From the NCBI RefSeq assembly GCF_009914755.1, contig NC_060941.1: 64,000 nucleotides of DNA, one strand, 5' to 3'. This DNA is from the human T2T-CHM13v2.0 reference genome, Homo sapiens. The notes below the pieces were generated by a model. The model saw only the letters and a list, made by a program, of their open reading frames with translations, had not been told where the DNA came from and ran no database searches. Positions 1-12,745 of this stretch are shown here, piece by piece (the first letter of the stretch is position 1; each line of letters starts with the position of its first letter). The position numbers and the translations under genes are program-made.

Positions 1-1469
1 CCCTGATACCTCTCTCTCTGCATGACATTATCTAGGTCAGCTCAAGTCAAAGCTGAAGACAAGACTGCCAGACCTATGCTAGATGCCTCATGGATATCTT
101 ATTCCGTCCTTAAAACAGCTGTGGATGATGAGCATTACTCCCCCAGTTTGCAGATTCCAATACTGAGGCTCAGAGGCTTAAAGGACATGCCCAGGTTTGC
201 ACAGCTGGTAAGTGGCAAAGCTATAATAGTAAGCCCCTCCTCATGCTTCCTGCCACCCAGCATCTCTTCTACACAGACATCCAACATCCATAGCTGCAAG
301 CAGGCACCCCAGGCTTACCTCTGCTCCCTCTCCCAGCTCTGATCCTGGAGTCTCTGTTCTAGGTGAGACAAGAGGCAAGGGGAGGGGGAGAAAGGCCCAG
401 GTAAATGTTGCAGGGATGAAGATTTGGGGGAATTCTCTGGACAGGTGCACCCTTCTCCCTTCCACCCCTTTCTTCCCTAGGAAATCTTGGTGAAGAGAAA
501 TACTTGGAGATGGAGGCCTCTTGTAAAACTAATTAAAGGTCCTCCAAGCTCCACAAACAGGTTCTTCACTCCCCTGAATGCCAGGCTCCCAGGTTCAGGC
601 TGGCAGGTGCCCCTCTCTCACCTGGGATGAGTGTCTCTTAACATCCTGCCCACCCTCATCTCCAGAGCCACAACCCCAACCAGAGGTGAGATATAGGTGA
701 TACCTGTTAGCCCTCACCCCCTGACCCAGCACAGGAGGGGAAGAGAGCACCAGTGGGTCTTGCCTTCCTCCTCTATCCCCACCATCCATTTTGTTTTGTT
801 AAATAAACCTCCTTCTGCCAAACAGAAGTACCACTTCCCAAGCTCCCCAATCCTGTTGCCAGTCTTGTAAAACCTGGCCTCCCAATGCCTCTTACAGGAA
901 GCCTTCCCTGAACAGCCCCACCCAGCTCTGCATCCCCCATACTGGAATGTGTCCCTTTGCTCTAGCTAGAGCCTTCCTAGCTAGAGTGTTCCTGTAAGAG
1001 TGGGGAAGCTATCTAGACTCTGCCTCCAGGCCTTTGTAAATGCTGTTTCGTCTGCAAAAAAAATCACTCCACCTCCCCTTCCCAAAAATCTTATGCTTCA
1101 ATACTGAGTGCATATGTCACCTCCTCTGTGAAGCCATTTACAATCACCCCTCAGGGCCCATTATTCCCTCATCAGTGCCCACAACGATGTACCCCCTTTT
1201 ATCATTCCCTGGGATATACTCATGGCCCCAGAGACTGAGCTCCTGGACAACAGAGCAGAGTCTTACTCAGCTTGGCATGCACAGGGTCAGTGCATAGTAG
1301 GTGCTCAAGAAAAGCTGAGTGGAGAAGCCCTTTCTCTGGAGTGGGAGCTCTCAGGCAGGGTGGCTGGGAATTTTTTGCAGATCGAGCACTGAAGTGGGGC
1401 CAAGGGCAGAAACTACCTGGAGCTGGACACCGCACGGGTCCTCAGAGCATGCCACAATCGGAGATGATG

Positions 1470-1680
1470 AGTAAAGCCAACATTTAACTGGCACTTACAA
1501 GGGTGCTGGGTGCTGTGCTAATTGTGTGTACTCTTCATAATAAGTGTCTCGTGGATACTATTAGCCCCCTTTTCAGATGGAGAAATGGAAGGTCAGAGGG
1601 ATTAATTAAGCTGACCATGGTGACACAGGTATTAAGTGATGTGGCTGGAACTCAGATCCGCTCCGACTCTAGAAGGCAGG
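1470..1680. mobile_element. MIR fragment
   Basis: MIR core-like text (cccccttttcagatggagaaatggaaggtcagagggattaattaagctgacc). Confidence 0.6.
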
Positions 1681-2290
1681 CAGAGAACACGCCCTGTACT
1701 GTCTACCTGTGCCTCTGGGATCCACACTACCCTCCATTGAGCAGTACCCCCTCTTGTTTGGGTTTGAGTTCATGGCCAAAAAGACCGGAGGCTGAGCTGA
1801 GTTAGAGAGGGCCGCTCCTGCCCCCTCCCCTGCCAGGATTCAAACTACCAGTGGACACCATCAAAGGTAAAATACCCTGGTCAATTAAAAAGTCAATTCT
1901 CCACTAAGGAGATAAGCCTCACCGTTAGTCAGATGGAAGTCCTTACCTGGGGCACCCACCACCTGCAAATGCTAATCAGAGAAAAGCCCATCTCAGAAGT
2001 GACTGAAACCCCCACTCAGCCCCTCAGGCTCAGGACCCCCCACCCTCCCCTTGCTCCAGCCACCCAGGCCCCCAGGTCCCTTCTGGAAACCTTGAACCTG
2101 CCTCCCCTGTTTCACCAAACCCCCATGCATGGTAGCCCTGCCCCTCAGCAACCTGGAGGAAGAGAAGCCATCTTCCCTCATCCAGCGCTAGAGTAAAGTG
2201 GGTACTCTGGGCCTGGATTACTGGAGGTACCAGGCTTGGGGCAAGCAGTGAGGTACTCAGGACCATGCATATGCTGAGAAGAAAGTAAGG

Positions 2291-2458
2291 GGCTGAGCGC
2301 AGTGGCTCACATCGGTAATCCCAGCACTTCGGGAGGCCAAGGTGGGAGGATCACTTTAGGCCGGGAGTTCAAGGCTGCTGTAAGCTATAATCACACATGC
2401 CAGCCTGGGTGACAGAGCAAGATCCTGTCTCTAAAGAATAAAAATAAGTAAAGAAAGA
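2291..2458 (+). mobile_element. Monomer-length Alu (left-arm head joined to right-arm end)
   Basis: ggctgagcgcagtggctcac...cagcctgggtgacagagcaagatcctgtctc plus A-rich tail; no middle A linker. Confidence 0.8.
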
Positions 2459-2676
2459 ACTTAAGTGTCACTTTTTAAATAAGGGGAGGGTATGATCATG
2501 AGCAGTTTGCTTCATCTTCTGAGCCTCTGTGCGTTCATCTGTAAAATCGGTGGGACTCCTGGTGGACATGTCTCTGAGGCTGCTGTGGGAAATTCAAGCA
2601 GCTCACTTAGACGAAAGCATTGTAAGGAGCCCAGGATTGGGCAGAGGTAGGAGAATGTGGCAGTTATTGATAATGA

Positions 2677-2990
2677 GGTCAGGTGCAGTGGCTCATGCCT
2701 GTAATCCCAGTACTTTGGAAGGGCGAGGCAGGATCATCACTTAAGCCCAAGAGTTCCAGACCAGCCTGAACAACATAGCAAGACCCCATCTCTACAAAAT
2801 AAAAAATTAGCCGGGTGTGGTGGCAGGCACCTATGGTCACAGCTACTCAGGGGGCTGAGGCAGGGGGAATCCCTCAAGCCTAGGATGTTGAGGCTGTAAT
2901 GAGCCATGATTGCACCACTGCACTTCGGCTGGAGTGACGAACAGAACAAGACCCTGTCTCTAAAAAAATAAAAAACAAGTAAGTAAATAA
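2677..2990 (+). mobile_element. Alu (AluJ-like)
   Basis: Dimeric Alu with middle A linker and tail. Confidence 0.9.
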
Positions 2991-3019
2991 ATTTTCTTAA
3001 AAATTACAAAGGATATAGT

Positions 3020-3250
3020 GACAATGGTACACACTCTTACAGAGCCCTCGCATGGAGCAAGCACTGTTCTAAATGCTTTGTGTGTATTAACTCCTTTCAC
3101 CCTCAGAAAAACCCTCTGAAGAGGGAATTATTATTACCCATTTCACAGAGAAAACAAGGTACAGGGAGCTTCGGTCAATTGCCTGGGGACACATAGAGGG
3201 TGTGTGCTGAGCCAGGCTTGTAAAGCCAAGCACTGTGGCTCCAGGCTGTG
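3020..3250. mobile_element. MIR
   Basis: attattacccatttcacagagaaaacaaggtacagggag core. Confidence 0.6.
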
Positions 3251-5909
3251 CGCTTACTGTGGGGCTTGCTGCCTTTCTAAAGCTGTAGCTTGAGAAAGTC
3301 CACTTCTCCGGACAAGGTGGCCAGAGGCAGCTGCCCCTAGATGGACACCTACTGTGTGCCAAGCACTTTCCTCACCTTTTCATTCAACACAGCAGCCTCA
3401 GGGGCCAGGCCTTCTCATCACCAGGAGACTGAGGGCCAGAAAGCCTAAGGCCTCCTTGCTGAAGCGATTTGAGTCAAGTCTTGATTCCCTTTTCCTATTA
3501 CTTCCACTCCACCCCAGCCTTGTCTTCCTAAGCCCAAAGCCCTCACCACCCTCATGCATTTCTGGGCAACGGTGACCAGACATCCTTTGGGTGGGTGGTG
3601 AGGTGACCCCAGGGTGAGTCTGCACAAGGTCACACCCTGCCTGCACTGCACTTCCTGACACAGTGCCTCCCTCTCTTCCCGCCCAGGCAGCCATCTGCTT
3701 AGCTCCCCACCTCCCCACCCCACTCCCACCTCCACACTCCTGCCCAGAGCACCCCCAGGGCCCTGCTGAGGGGAGGCTTGTGTGACCACAGCCTGGCACT
3801 GGAGAGCTTCAGACATGGGTGAGGACCCTTCCCCTGCAGCAGCCTGAGTGGGGTCTCAGCACTCCTGGATGCCCACCGACATGCCCCGCACCCCAGCTGT
3901 ACCCCGGGCCACCTTCAGGCCATGACATCTCCCTCCCCATGGGGCCAGGAGAGGAGAGGAGGGGCCCAGCCCTTCTCCCCCTTCCTTCTGGCTCCCCCAC
4001 CTCACCCTCAGTGCAACTGGCCACCACCGGGCTCTGCAGAGGGTGCGTGGGGTAAGGCTGCCCCCAACAGGCAGCCTGAGGAGGAGGCTGCTGTGCTCGG
4101 AAAACATGAAATCCTTTTGCCAGAATGAGAGGGAGGAGGACCAAGGCTGGAAATATCAGAATCTCTTTGCTGGGAATCTCTGGGATCCTGAGCCCCACCC
4201 CCAAATGCTGAGGCTGGGAGAAATCCATTATTTAAAAGGCTGTCAGGAGCAGATTCAGAGCATGGGGTCAGGAAGGAGGGTGGAGGGGCTCATGGTCCAG
4301 CATTTGGATTTGTCAGGGGGTAGCAGAGATAACTCCTGAGTCAGAGCCCTCCCCTAGTGCAGGGTCAGAGGGCATGTGCCAGCCTCCACCACCTGCACCC
4401 CCTTCACTGTCCCTCCTGCTGACTCTGGGCCTTAAGAAATCCCCTCCCACCTCCATCCTCCACTTTCCCACAACCCCCCATTACCTAGAAGTACTTCCTG
4501 GGATCCAACCAGAATCCCTCCTGCCGCAACTGAAGATCAGGTCCCAATGCTCCAGTCCTGGTCAGTCCAGAGTAGAGGGATATGACTGAGTGGACACAGT
4601 GTCATGCCCTTAGGGCAGCCTGGAGGGGAGAAACTGGAAAGGAGCCAGTGGGGCGGGAGGAGCTTCAGGCCAAGGGCAGCAACGTGAAGAGCATGAGCAT
4701 CTCCTTAACACAAATGTCTCTGCTTCCTTCAGCCCAAAGCCCCTTTTCCAGAAAGACCTTATGCCTACTGCTCTTTTTCTTAATTAGAAAGTGTCTGTAG
4801 CAAGGAGTGTGTGCCCACATCAACCAGGAAAACTGCTAACCAGCATTTAAAAGCTAGTTTGAGTGGGGACTGGAGTCCGCTCACTCCTTGCAAGCCAAGC
4901 CAGCCCAGGGGCTTGGCGAGGCAGTTTCTTCTCGGCTTTGCCCTGGGTTTGAATCCCAGCTCTACCACTTCCTCCCTGAGCCATCTCAGGGTCTCAGGGT
5001 TTCCTCATCTATAAAGGAAGGGAAATAATTCTTGCCTCATTTGGTGTTTGTAAAGATTGAAAGGGGACATCACTTCTGAAGGCTTTAACACAAAGCCAGG
5101 TACATACATATTCAAAAGCAAGTCCTTCTAGGGATGGACTTGACTGAGTTCCAAACTCATCTCAGCCAACTCATGCAGTGATTCTTGGATCGTGTATAAA
5201 GCTCCCGACACACAGTAGGTCTGTGCAGAGTAAGAATGATCAGTAACCAGATACCACCAATGAATTGTTAGCCAGCTGAGGGATTTCGTGCTGGGCCCTC
5301 CAATATTCAGGTTCCCCCATCCAACAGTCAAACTCTTCATAACTTAGAGCTCTGGATTCCAGGTCAAAGCCCCTGATCCTTCATTAGAAGAAGCAGCGAG
5401 AAGATGTCCCCACAGATTGATGATGGGGGTCACTGGTGCACACAGTGTAGTGTAAACAAGTCAGCTCTCTGCATCTCAGACGCCTCACCAGAGTGTTGGG
5501 CTCACTGCAGACTCCAGCTCTGGGACCCCTTGCATCAACCACGCTAAATCTGTCTGCTTGAGTCCAGGAACCACTAAACAGACGGGAAGCATGGACTTCT
5601 TCCTGGCTCTGTGGGGGACTCCAAGAGTTGGCCTGCCCTTGACTTGGAGCCCCCATATCTACAGGAGTCAGGCTATGCATGGGGGCCTGGACTCCTTTTT
5701 AGGAAGAACCATGGGGCTCAGTTCAACAGGGTCATTCACATTTAGGACAGAGAAGACAAGGGGCTGGCTAGGGTCAAAGAGTGAGTCACTAGGGACAAAC
5801 TTGAAACCAGATTTCAAGCCTGCTGAGTCCTAGGCTGGGGTACTGTCCCTGCATGCAGCTTTGTCCTGAGGCCAGGAATGGTTTCACCAAGCCAGGGAAC
5901 CCTTGACAG

Positions 5910-6140
5910 AACAGTACTTAGTGCTGAAGCATACAAGTAGACCTGAGTTCAAATCCCCAATCTCCCACTTCCAGGCTAAGGCGCCTCAGACAAACTGATT
6001 TATTCTCTGAGCCTGTTTGTTTTATCTGTAAAAGAGGGTATGATAGCTTACCTCCCAGGGTGGCTAGGAGGATTCAGAGAGCTATTGGAGATGAGTTATG
6101 TAAAACGATGTAGCAAGTTCCCGGCACGTGACAAGCATGC
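5910..6140. mobile_element. MIR
   Basis: agacctgagttcaaatccc...ctctgagcctgtttgttttatctgtaaaa. Confidence 0.6.
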
Positions 6141-6191
6141 ACTATGGAGAAACAGTCATCATGGCCACCCCTCTGTGAGCTATCTTCTTAT

Positions 6192-6193
6192 AC

Positions 6194-6224
<31 letters not shown>

Positions 6225-6256
6225 TGCACACACACACCCACTCACACACACAACAC
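6192..6256. repeat. Imperfect (CA)n microsatellite
   Basis: Directly visible. Confidence 0.95.
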
Positions 6257-7884
6257 ATACTGAAAATATTACTAAAAGGGAAGAAAATTAAAATCTCAAG
6301 ACAACAATCTGGGACTTTGTTCCATCCCTGCATACTTCTGGTCTCTATGGCACTGGATGAGGGGAGAAGGGAAGGGGGAAGAGAAGAAGAACAGAACCCT
6401 TAAGGGCACAGGAATTCACCCAGAAGTGAACAAGAAAAGGGACTGGGTTTCCCACTGCAGTCCTGCTTCACCTCTTCCAACTGGCCCCTGCTGGTCACCT
6501 AGCAACAAGCATCTCTCCCGAATCCTTCATAAATCACCAAGAGTACCAGCTGCTCTCGCCTAGAGATCCACACCTCACACATCCCCCGGGGTCGTCTCCC
6601 AGGGCCAGAACCATGGACAGCACTGGTGAGAGCCTCAATCACAAGGTACTCAGGTGTTCAGATGACTGGGCATTCTGTGTGGAGAGGAGGGCCAGCGGGC
6701 TTGGGCTGGGCAGGACCAGGGCAAAGGAGTGGGGCCACAACTCTGCCCTGAGAAGCAAAAAGGGATAAAGGCCACTCTGAACCATCCAGACAGGGTTCAG
6801 AGTTGTCTGAGATCACTTTTCAGAAGGCACAGCTGTAAGAACCCAGAGTTCTTTAATCCCAGGGACTAATGGCTTGGGGAAAGCCAGGGTCAAGCAGAGA
6901 AAAGAATTGGAGAGGAATCAGTGGCTGATCCTGAACTGTGTGCTGAACATTTCATACATGTCATTTCAATCTTAAAACCCTGTAAGGTTTTCAGGACTGT
7001 GAGCCCCATTTTACCAACACAGCAGTTGAAACCCATGGAAGAGACGTCCTTTGCCCATGGTCAGAGAGAAATTGCAGCAGCCAGCCCTGGGATTGGACTT
7101 CAGATCTGACCCCAGCACACTGTAATTTCAGGGTTGGTGCCAGAAGTCCATAAGACAGAGCCTGCTCAAAGACAGGACTTAGCAGAGAGCCTGGCACCCA
7201 GAGGGCCATTGCCACATGAAAAACACCTCATGGACCAGCGCACACAGCAGTCGGCTCAGCTCCTTTCCATCCTCCTCCCAAGACTTCAGGATCTTGCCTC
7301 TGCTTCTCAGTAGCCCTGGGCTCTGGGCTGCCTGGTGAGTCATTGGGCCCCTCCAAGGGTGCCCCCAGGACCCAGGGTCTCTGACAGGCCATGAGACACA
7401 CTCGGTCTACCCCATGAGGCCTCCATGCTGCTCTGGAAGCCCTGAGCTCCCTCTGAGTGCCATGGGCTCTTTATGACTGATCCAGTGCTCTTCCAAGTGG
7501 TGGGGCTCTGCACACAGCTGGCAGCGCAGCTGACAGCTCCACAGAAAGGCAGCGATGGGAACGGAAGTATTCCTTAAATTCCTGCCCCTTACCGAGGTGG
7601 CTAGCACAGCAGGATGGGTGCAGGACATGGGGTGGCCTACCAGCATGGAGGCTTCCTGCCCAAGACAGCTGGGACCTGGGTTGCAGGGTCTGCCCAAGCT
7701 CCCCCAATTTGCAGCCCTCATAGCTCTTCCTGCTTCATCTGTCCACTGCTTCACAGTCCCTGTGGTCTGGCTTGCAGCCCCCTAAACATGCCTGCCTCTT
7801 TCCCACCTTCATGTCATCCCTTGTCTTAGCTCTTATCCCCTTCCCCATCAACCTGGAATGCCTGCTCCACCTTTCTTCCTCTAA

Positions 7885-8020
7885 TTCAGCAGCGCTCAGT
7901 GCTGGCTGCACAGCAGAATTACCAGCAGAGATTCCAATTTGATAGGTCTGGGTGGCCCCAGGCATCAGGTTTTTTGGAAGCCCCCAGGTGGATTCTACCA
8001 AACAAACTTGAGAACCTCTG
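7885..8020. mobile_element. MER5-like hAT DNA transposon fragment
   Basis: gagattccaatttgataggtctgggtggccccaggcatcag...cttgagaacctctg resembles MER5. Confidence 0.5.
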
Positions 8021-8029
8021 GTGGAAGAG

Positions 8030-8315
8030 CTGCTTCTTATGATACCTCAGCTCAGAGGTCACCTCTTCTAGGAAGCTTTCACTAGCCATCATCTCATCAC
8101 TTAGAAAACCAGCCGCAGCTATATGCCCTTCTTCTGGGCTCCCAGGGCCCCTAGTACCTCCAAACATCAAAGTCCTTATCACACCTTGTTACAAGTGTGT
8201 CTTGCAAAGACTGTGAGCAACTCCAGAGCCAGGACTGTGTTTGTTCATTTCTGTATCCCTAGCACCCAGCACAGGACCTACTACGAAATAGCAAATTGAT
8301 GAATGAATGAATGAA
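8030..8315. mobile_element. L2 3'-end fragment
   Basis: gactgtgagcaactccagagccaggactgtgtttgttcatttctgtatccctagcaccc...(tgaa)n end. Confidence 0.6.
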
Positions 8316-8649
8316 GGAACCAAGGTGCTAGTGTTCCGCCCACTGATGTCTCTTCTCCTTCCTCAAATAAGTCTCCAAGATTGCTAAGATGTCCAAAGTC
8401 CCTCATCACAGTCCGGCTTCCCAGCCTTTGCTTATGCAGGATCAGAGGCCTGGGGTGCCCCCAACATCAACCTGGGACCTCTCAGATTGCTCTAATTGCT
8501 CCAGCAAGCCCCCAAGATTAACCACACAGACCCCAACAATTCTCCTTGATTCAGAATCCCCTGGTCACTTTCCCTCCACACTTTCCCCTACACCTGGTCT
8601 TGGAGGATCAGACAGGACTGACCTCACAGGTTAGACTTAGGAGCAAACC

Positions 8650-8850
8650 TGGGTAAGAGCCTTGAGTTCCTGCACCAATTTCCTGTGTGATCACAGGCCA
8701 GTCACTTAACCTCTCTGTGCCTCAGAGTTTCCATGCACAAAACAGGGGAAATAATAGTACCCTCCTCACAGAGTTGTTGTAAGGGTCAAATGAGTTGATA
8801 GATCTAAAGCCCTAAAGTAGTGCCGGGTACAGAGTAAGAGCTATTACCGA
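8650..8850. mobile_element. MIR
   Basis: gtcacttaacctctctgtgcctcag...aataatagtacctcctcacagagttgttgtaagg. Confidence 0.7.
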
Positions 8851-9947
8851 AGTGTCTACTCCCTGCTCTTATCTACCAACTGGGAGAAGGTCAACCACTG
8901 GGCTTGAGCCTTTCCAGCCTGACACATTATTTTACTCCATCCTCTGGCCCAAGTCCCCACCCATGGGCAAGGCCCCCAGAAAGGGACAGTGACAGGCTCT
9001 GGGTCTGAGTCTGGTGATGTTTCTGTGAACACGGCCGTATGCCCAGGCCACCACCCAGCCATGACCAGGGCTGAAGGATAGTCCCAAAGGACAGATCTCA
9101 GAAGTCAGACCCTCCCCACCAGGACTGGGAGAGGAGCCTTTTTCAGCCCCTCAGTTGTTTTTCCCGCTCACTTTCAGCCCCTCTTTCCACTCAATGAAGC
9201 CCAGTTTGATTCCCTCCACTCTCTCCCCCCTCCCCTTAAACAGACAGGAGCATCAAAGCACAAAAAACACTGAAATTGCCAAATGCAGTTTCTCTCCAGA
9301 GACGACAAATTTGCTGCAATTTGTATTTCCAAACAGGAGCTGCAGCTCCTGAGCTGCTCCCAGGCAGGCTCCCCACCCCTCACCGACCATCTCCTCCTGA
9401 GCATGGCACTCCTCCTCCCCTCCTCTTCCCTCTACCGCTGCAGAAGAGGGGGCACTCACCCCATCTTCGCCTAGGGTCTGGGGTGCTACAGTGGGGAGGA
9501 ATTAAAGCAAGGGTGGGAGAGAGAAAACAGAAACAGCCACATCTGTCTGCCAACATCAGGCAGAGCACCCATAAGGAGTCCTTGAACCAGCTTCCAAGCC
9601 TAGCTCTGCCTGTAATTAACAATAAAAAGAACAGAGCCCGCCTCACTTTGCAAGCTATGCCCATCTCATCATTTAGAACACCTCACTCCTTGCACCACCC
9701 TAAGATTTAGGTGGTCTTCCCCCCATTTTACCTGAGGGGGGATGTGGGACTGGATCAAAGTCATGCAGTTACTAGGATATGAGGTTGACCTCTAGCCTCC
9801 CTGACCCCCAAGCTCAGATTCTCCCCAATCCCACCCCATGACCTTGGGCACCTCTTCAGATCTCAGTTTTCTCATGTGCATGTGCAAATTGAAGAGATTG
9901 GACCAGTGTTCACTAATTTTTTTTTAATCTATGCCCCTTAAACAGGG

Positions 9948-10504
9948 TATGATGTTAATTTTATCTGTCAACTTGACTGAGCCACAGGGTCCCCATATAC
10001 TTGATCAAATGTTATTCTGGGTGCTTTTGTGAGGGCATTTTTGGATGAGATTAACATTTAAACCAGTGGAATGGGTAAAGCGACTGCCCTCCCCTGTGTG
10101 AGTGGGCCTCATGCAATCTGTTGAAGGCCTGAATTGAACAGAAAGGCTGACCCTCACTGAAGTAAGGAGAGAGAATCCCTCCTGTCTGACTGCCTTTGAA
10201 TCGGGACATGGGCTATTTTCTGCCTTCGGAATTCAGGGAAATATTGGCTCTTCCTGGGTCTCAAGCCTGCAGGTCTTTAGACAGGAACTACACCATTGGC
10301 TCTCCTGGTTCTCAGACCTTCAGACTTGTACTAGAATTCCACCTTTTGGCTCTCCCAGATCCTCAGTTTTCAAATTCACTCTGAAGATCATGGGACTTGC
10401 CTCCATAATTGTGTAGGCCAATTCCTTATAATAAATGTATACAAACACACACACACACGCACATCTGATTGGCTGTACTCCTCTGGAGAACCCTGACCAA
10501 TACA
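9948..10504 (+). mobile_element. MLT2-type (ERVL) solo LTR
   Basis: Starts tatgatgttaattttatctgtcaacttgactg, ends ggagaaccctgaccaataca; 5-bp TSD CAGGG at 9943-9947 and 10505-10509. Confidence 0.85.
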
Positions 10505-11229
10505 CAGGGACAACATCCAAATCTCATACCCCTTCTATGATCTGTATTATGAAAAACATACAGGGTTTTTGTTTATTTGTCTTCCAAAGGGAAGATTCCT
10601 TTCCAATCATTGTTAACATTGAATGTGCTTCGCCATGTGCTGAATCCTCCTTGCCGCAGGAGAGTCAGATGTGCCCCAGTGTCGGGGCAGGGTCTCCAGC
10701 GCTCAGCCCACCCCACCACACCTGTTGAGAAGCTCTGGGCTCAGTCTCCTGGGGGCTGTTGTTGCTCACATTCTGTGAAAGGCAGCAGAGCCTAGGAGCA
10801 CTCCCTCCACAGCAAGAGCCTGGGCAAGGCACTTCTCTCCAAACCTCAATCTCAACCATGGGAATAATAATAGTTCCTGGTGGTGTTGTGAGGATTCAAT
10901 GTGCAAATACCTGTAACACACTGAGGATGCTGCAGGAAGTGCTCAAGAAATGTTCGTTGTCATTATATTCTATGGAGGTTTAATCCCTTGAGGAGTCATC
11001 ATTTGCCTGCCCCCTCCCAACCACACCCCCCACCCCCACTCATCCCAGGAAACTCCTGGAGCTACTGCCGTCCCCTTCGCTGGGTCCTGGGAAATCACTT
11101 TGTGGACATGTCTGATTACTGCAGCCTCTGAATGATAGGGATCATCCAGGATTATTGCAAATCCTATGATTTGTGTAAACCCAAATAAGTCACAGCCTCT
11201 GCAGACTTCCATTTCTTTGTATTTGAGGA

Positions 11230-12500
11230 AGTAGCCATCTGGGGAAAATGTTAAGTTAGATCTTTACCTCACTCCATACACCAAAATAAATTCCAGATGG
11301 ATCTCAAATTTAAACATAAACAATGAAACCATAAATGTACTAGAAAAGAGAGATAAATCTTAAAGTGAACAAAACACCTTTTTAAGTAGGACACAAACTA
11401 CAAAACCCAGAAACCATAAGAGAAAAGATGGGTAAATTTAGCCACATAAAAATGTTTTAACTTACCTGAAAAACAGTAGACATAAAGTGAAAAGACAAAT
11501 GATGAGTTCAAGGAAAATACATTTAATTTGTATTTCAGAAAAAGGGCTAATTTCTTTAAGGTGAATGGAAAGTTAATGAGAAAACATCAAAGACCCAGTT
11601 TTAAAAAGGGATAAAGAACACAATCAGACAATTCACAGAAAGGGAAATGAAAATGGCTCTTGGACATATAAGATCTTCAATCTCATTAAGAAGGAAAACA
11701 CACATGCAAAAGCTACAGCAGGATACCTGTGGCTTTTCATCACTTAGAATAATTCTGTTTGGTAATATTCCATTGTGGAAATGTTAGAGGCGTGTGAACC
11801 AGAGCAACTCCATCATGAATAGGAGATGGGTAAAATGAGGCTGAGACCTGAGACCTACTGGGCTGCATTCCCAGATGGTTAAGGCATTCTAAACACAGGA
11901 TGAGATAGGAGGTTGGTACAAGATACAGGTCATAAAGACCTTGCTGATAAAACAGGCTGCAGGAAAGAAACCCACTAAAACCCACCAAAACCAAGATGGC
12001 ATCAAGAGTGACCTCTAGTAGACCTCTGCAACACTCCTACTAGTACCATGACAGCTTACAAATGTCATGGCCATGTCAGGAAGTCAGCCTACATGGTCTA
12101 AAAAGGGGAGGCATGAATAATCACCCCTTGTTTGGCATATCATCAAGAAATAACCATAAAAATGGGCAATTAGTCCATTTTGGAGTAGCCATTCTTTTAT
12201 TCCTTTAGAATGGGCATTCTTTTATTCTTATGGAGTAGCCATTCTTCTAATCCTTTACTTTCCTAATAAATTTGCTTTCACTTTACTCTGTGGACTTGCC
12301 CTGAATTCTTTCTTGTGAGAGATCCAAGAACCCTCTCTTGGGGTCTGGATCGGGACCCCTTTCTGATAACAGAAACAGGAAGTCTCATGTTTTGTTGGTA
12401 GGGATGAAAATTGATAAAATGTATATGGAAGGCAATTTAGCAAAATTTGACCTCAGCCCTTCCACTTCTAGGAAATTACCCAACAGGTATCTTTCCACCC
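11230..12500 (+). mobile_element. Old L1M fragment interrupted by a MER41 LTR
   Basis: L1 ORF2 3'-like text (tacctcactccatacaccaaaataaattccagatggatc) that resumes after the LTR. Confidence 0.65.
11782..12371 (+). mobile_element. MER41A-type (ERV1) solo LTR
   Basis: TG...CA termini (tgttagaggcgtgtgaaccagagcaactccatc ... ggacccctttctgataaca); 4-bp TSD GAAA at 11778-11781 and 12372-12375. Confidence 0.88.
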
Positions 12501-12564
12501 ATGCAATATGTACCAGGCTATCATTGCCGTACAACAAATCCCACACCAGTGGGCATAATTAACC

Positions 12565-12745
12565 AAATGTGGGACACTGGGCCAAGTTACTTACCTTCTC
12601 TGGAGCTCAGTTTCCTCATCTACAAAATGGAAATAACAACAGAACCTACTTCAGAGGTTGTTTTGTCACATATGTATGTAAACTCTTAGAATAGTGGCCT
12701 GGTGTGTAGTAAATGTTTGAAAAGTGTTACTGTTCATATCATTAC
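12565..12745. mobile_element. MIR
   Basis: caagttacttaccttctctggagctcagtttcctcatctacaaaatgg. Confidence 0.7.

Noticed and set aside
4337-7342. Isolated AP-1-like TGAGTCA motifs (near 4337 and 7336)
   Set aside because: Single 7-mers are expected by chance; no enhancer can be supported from sequence alone.
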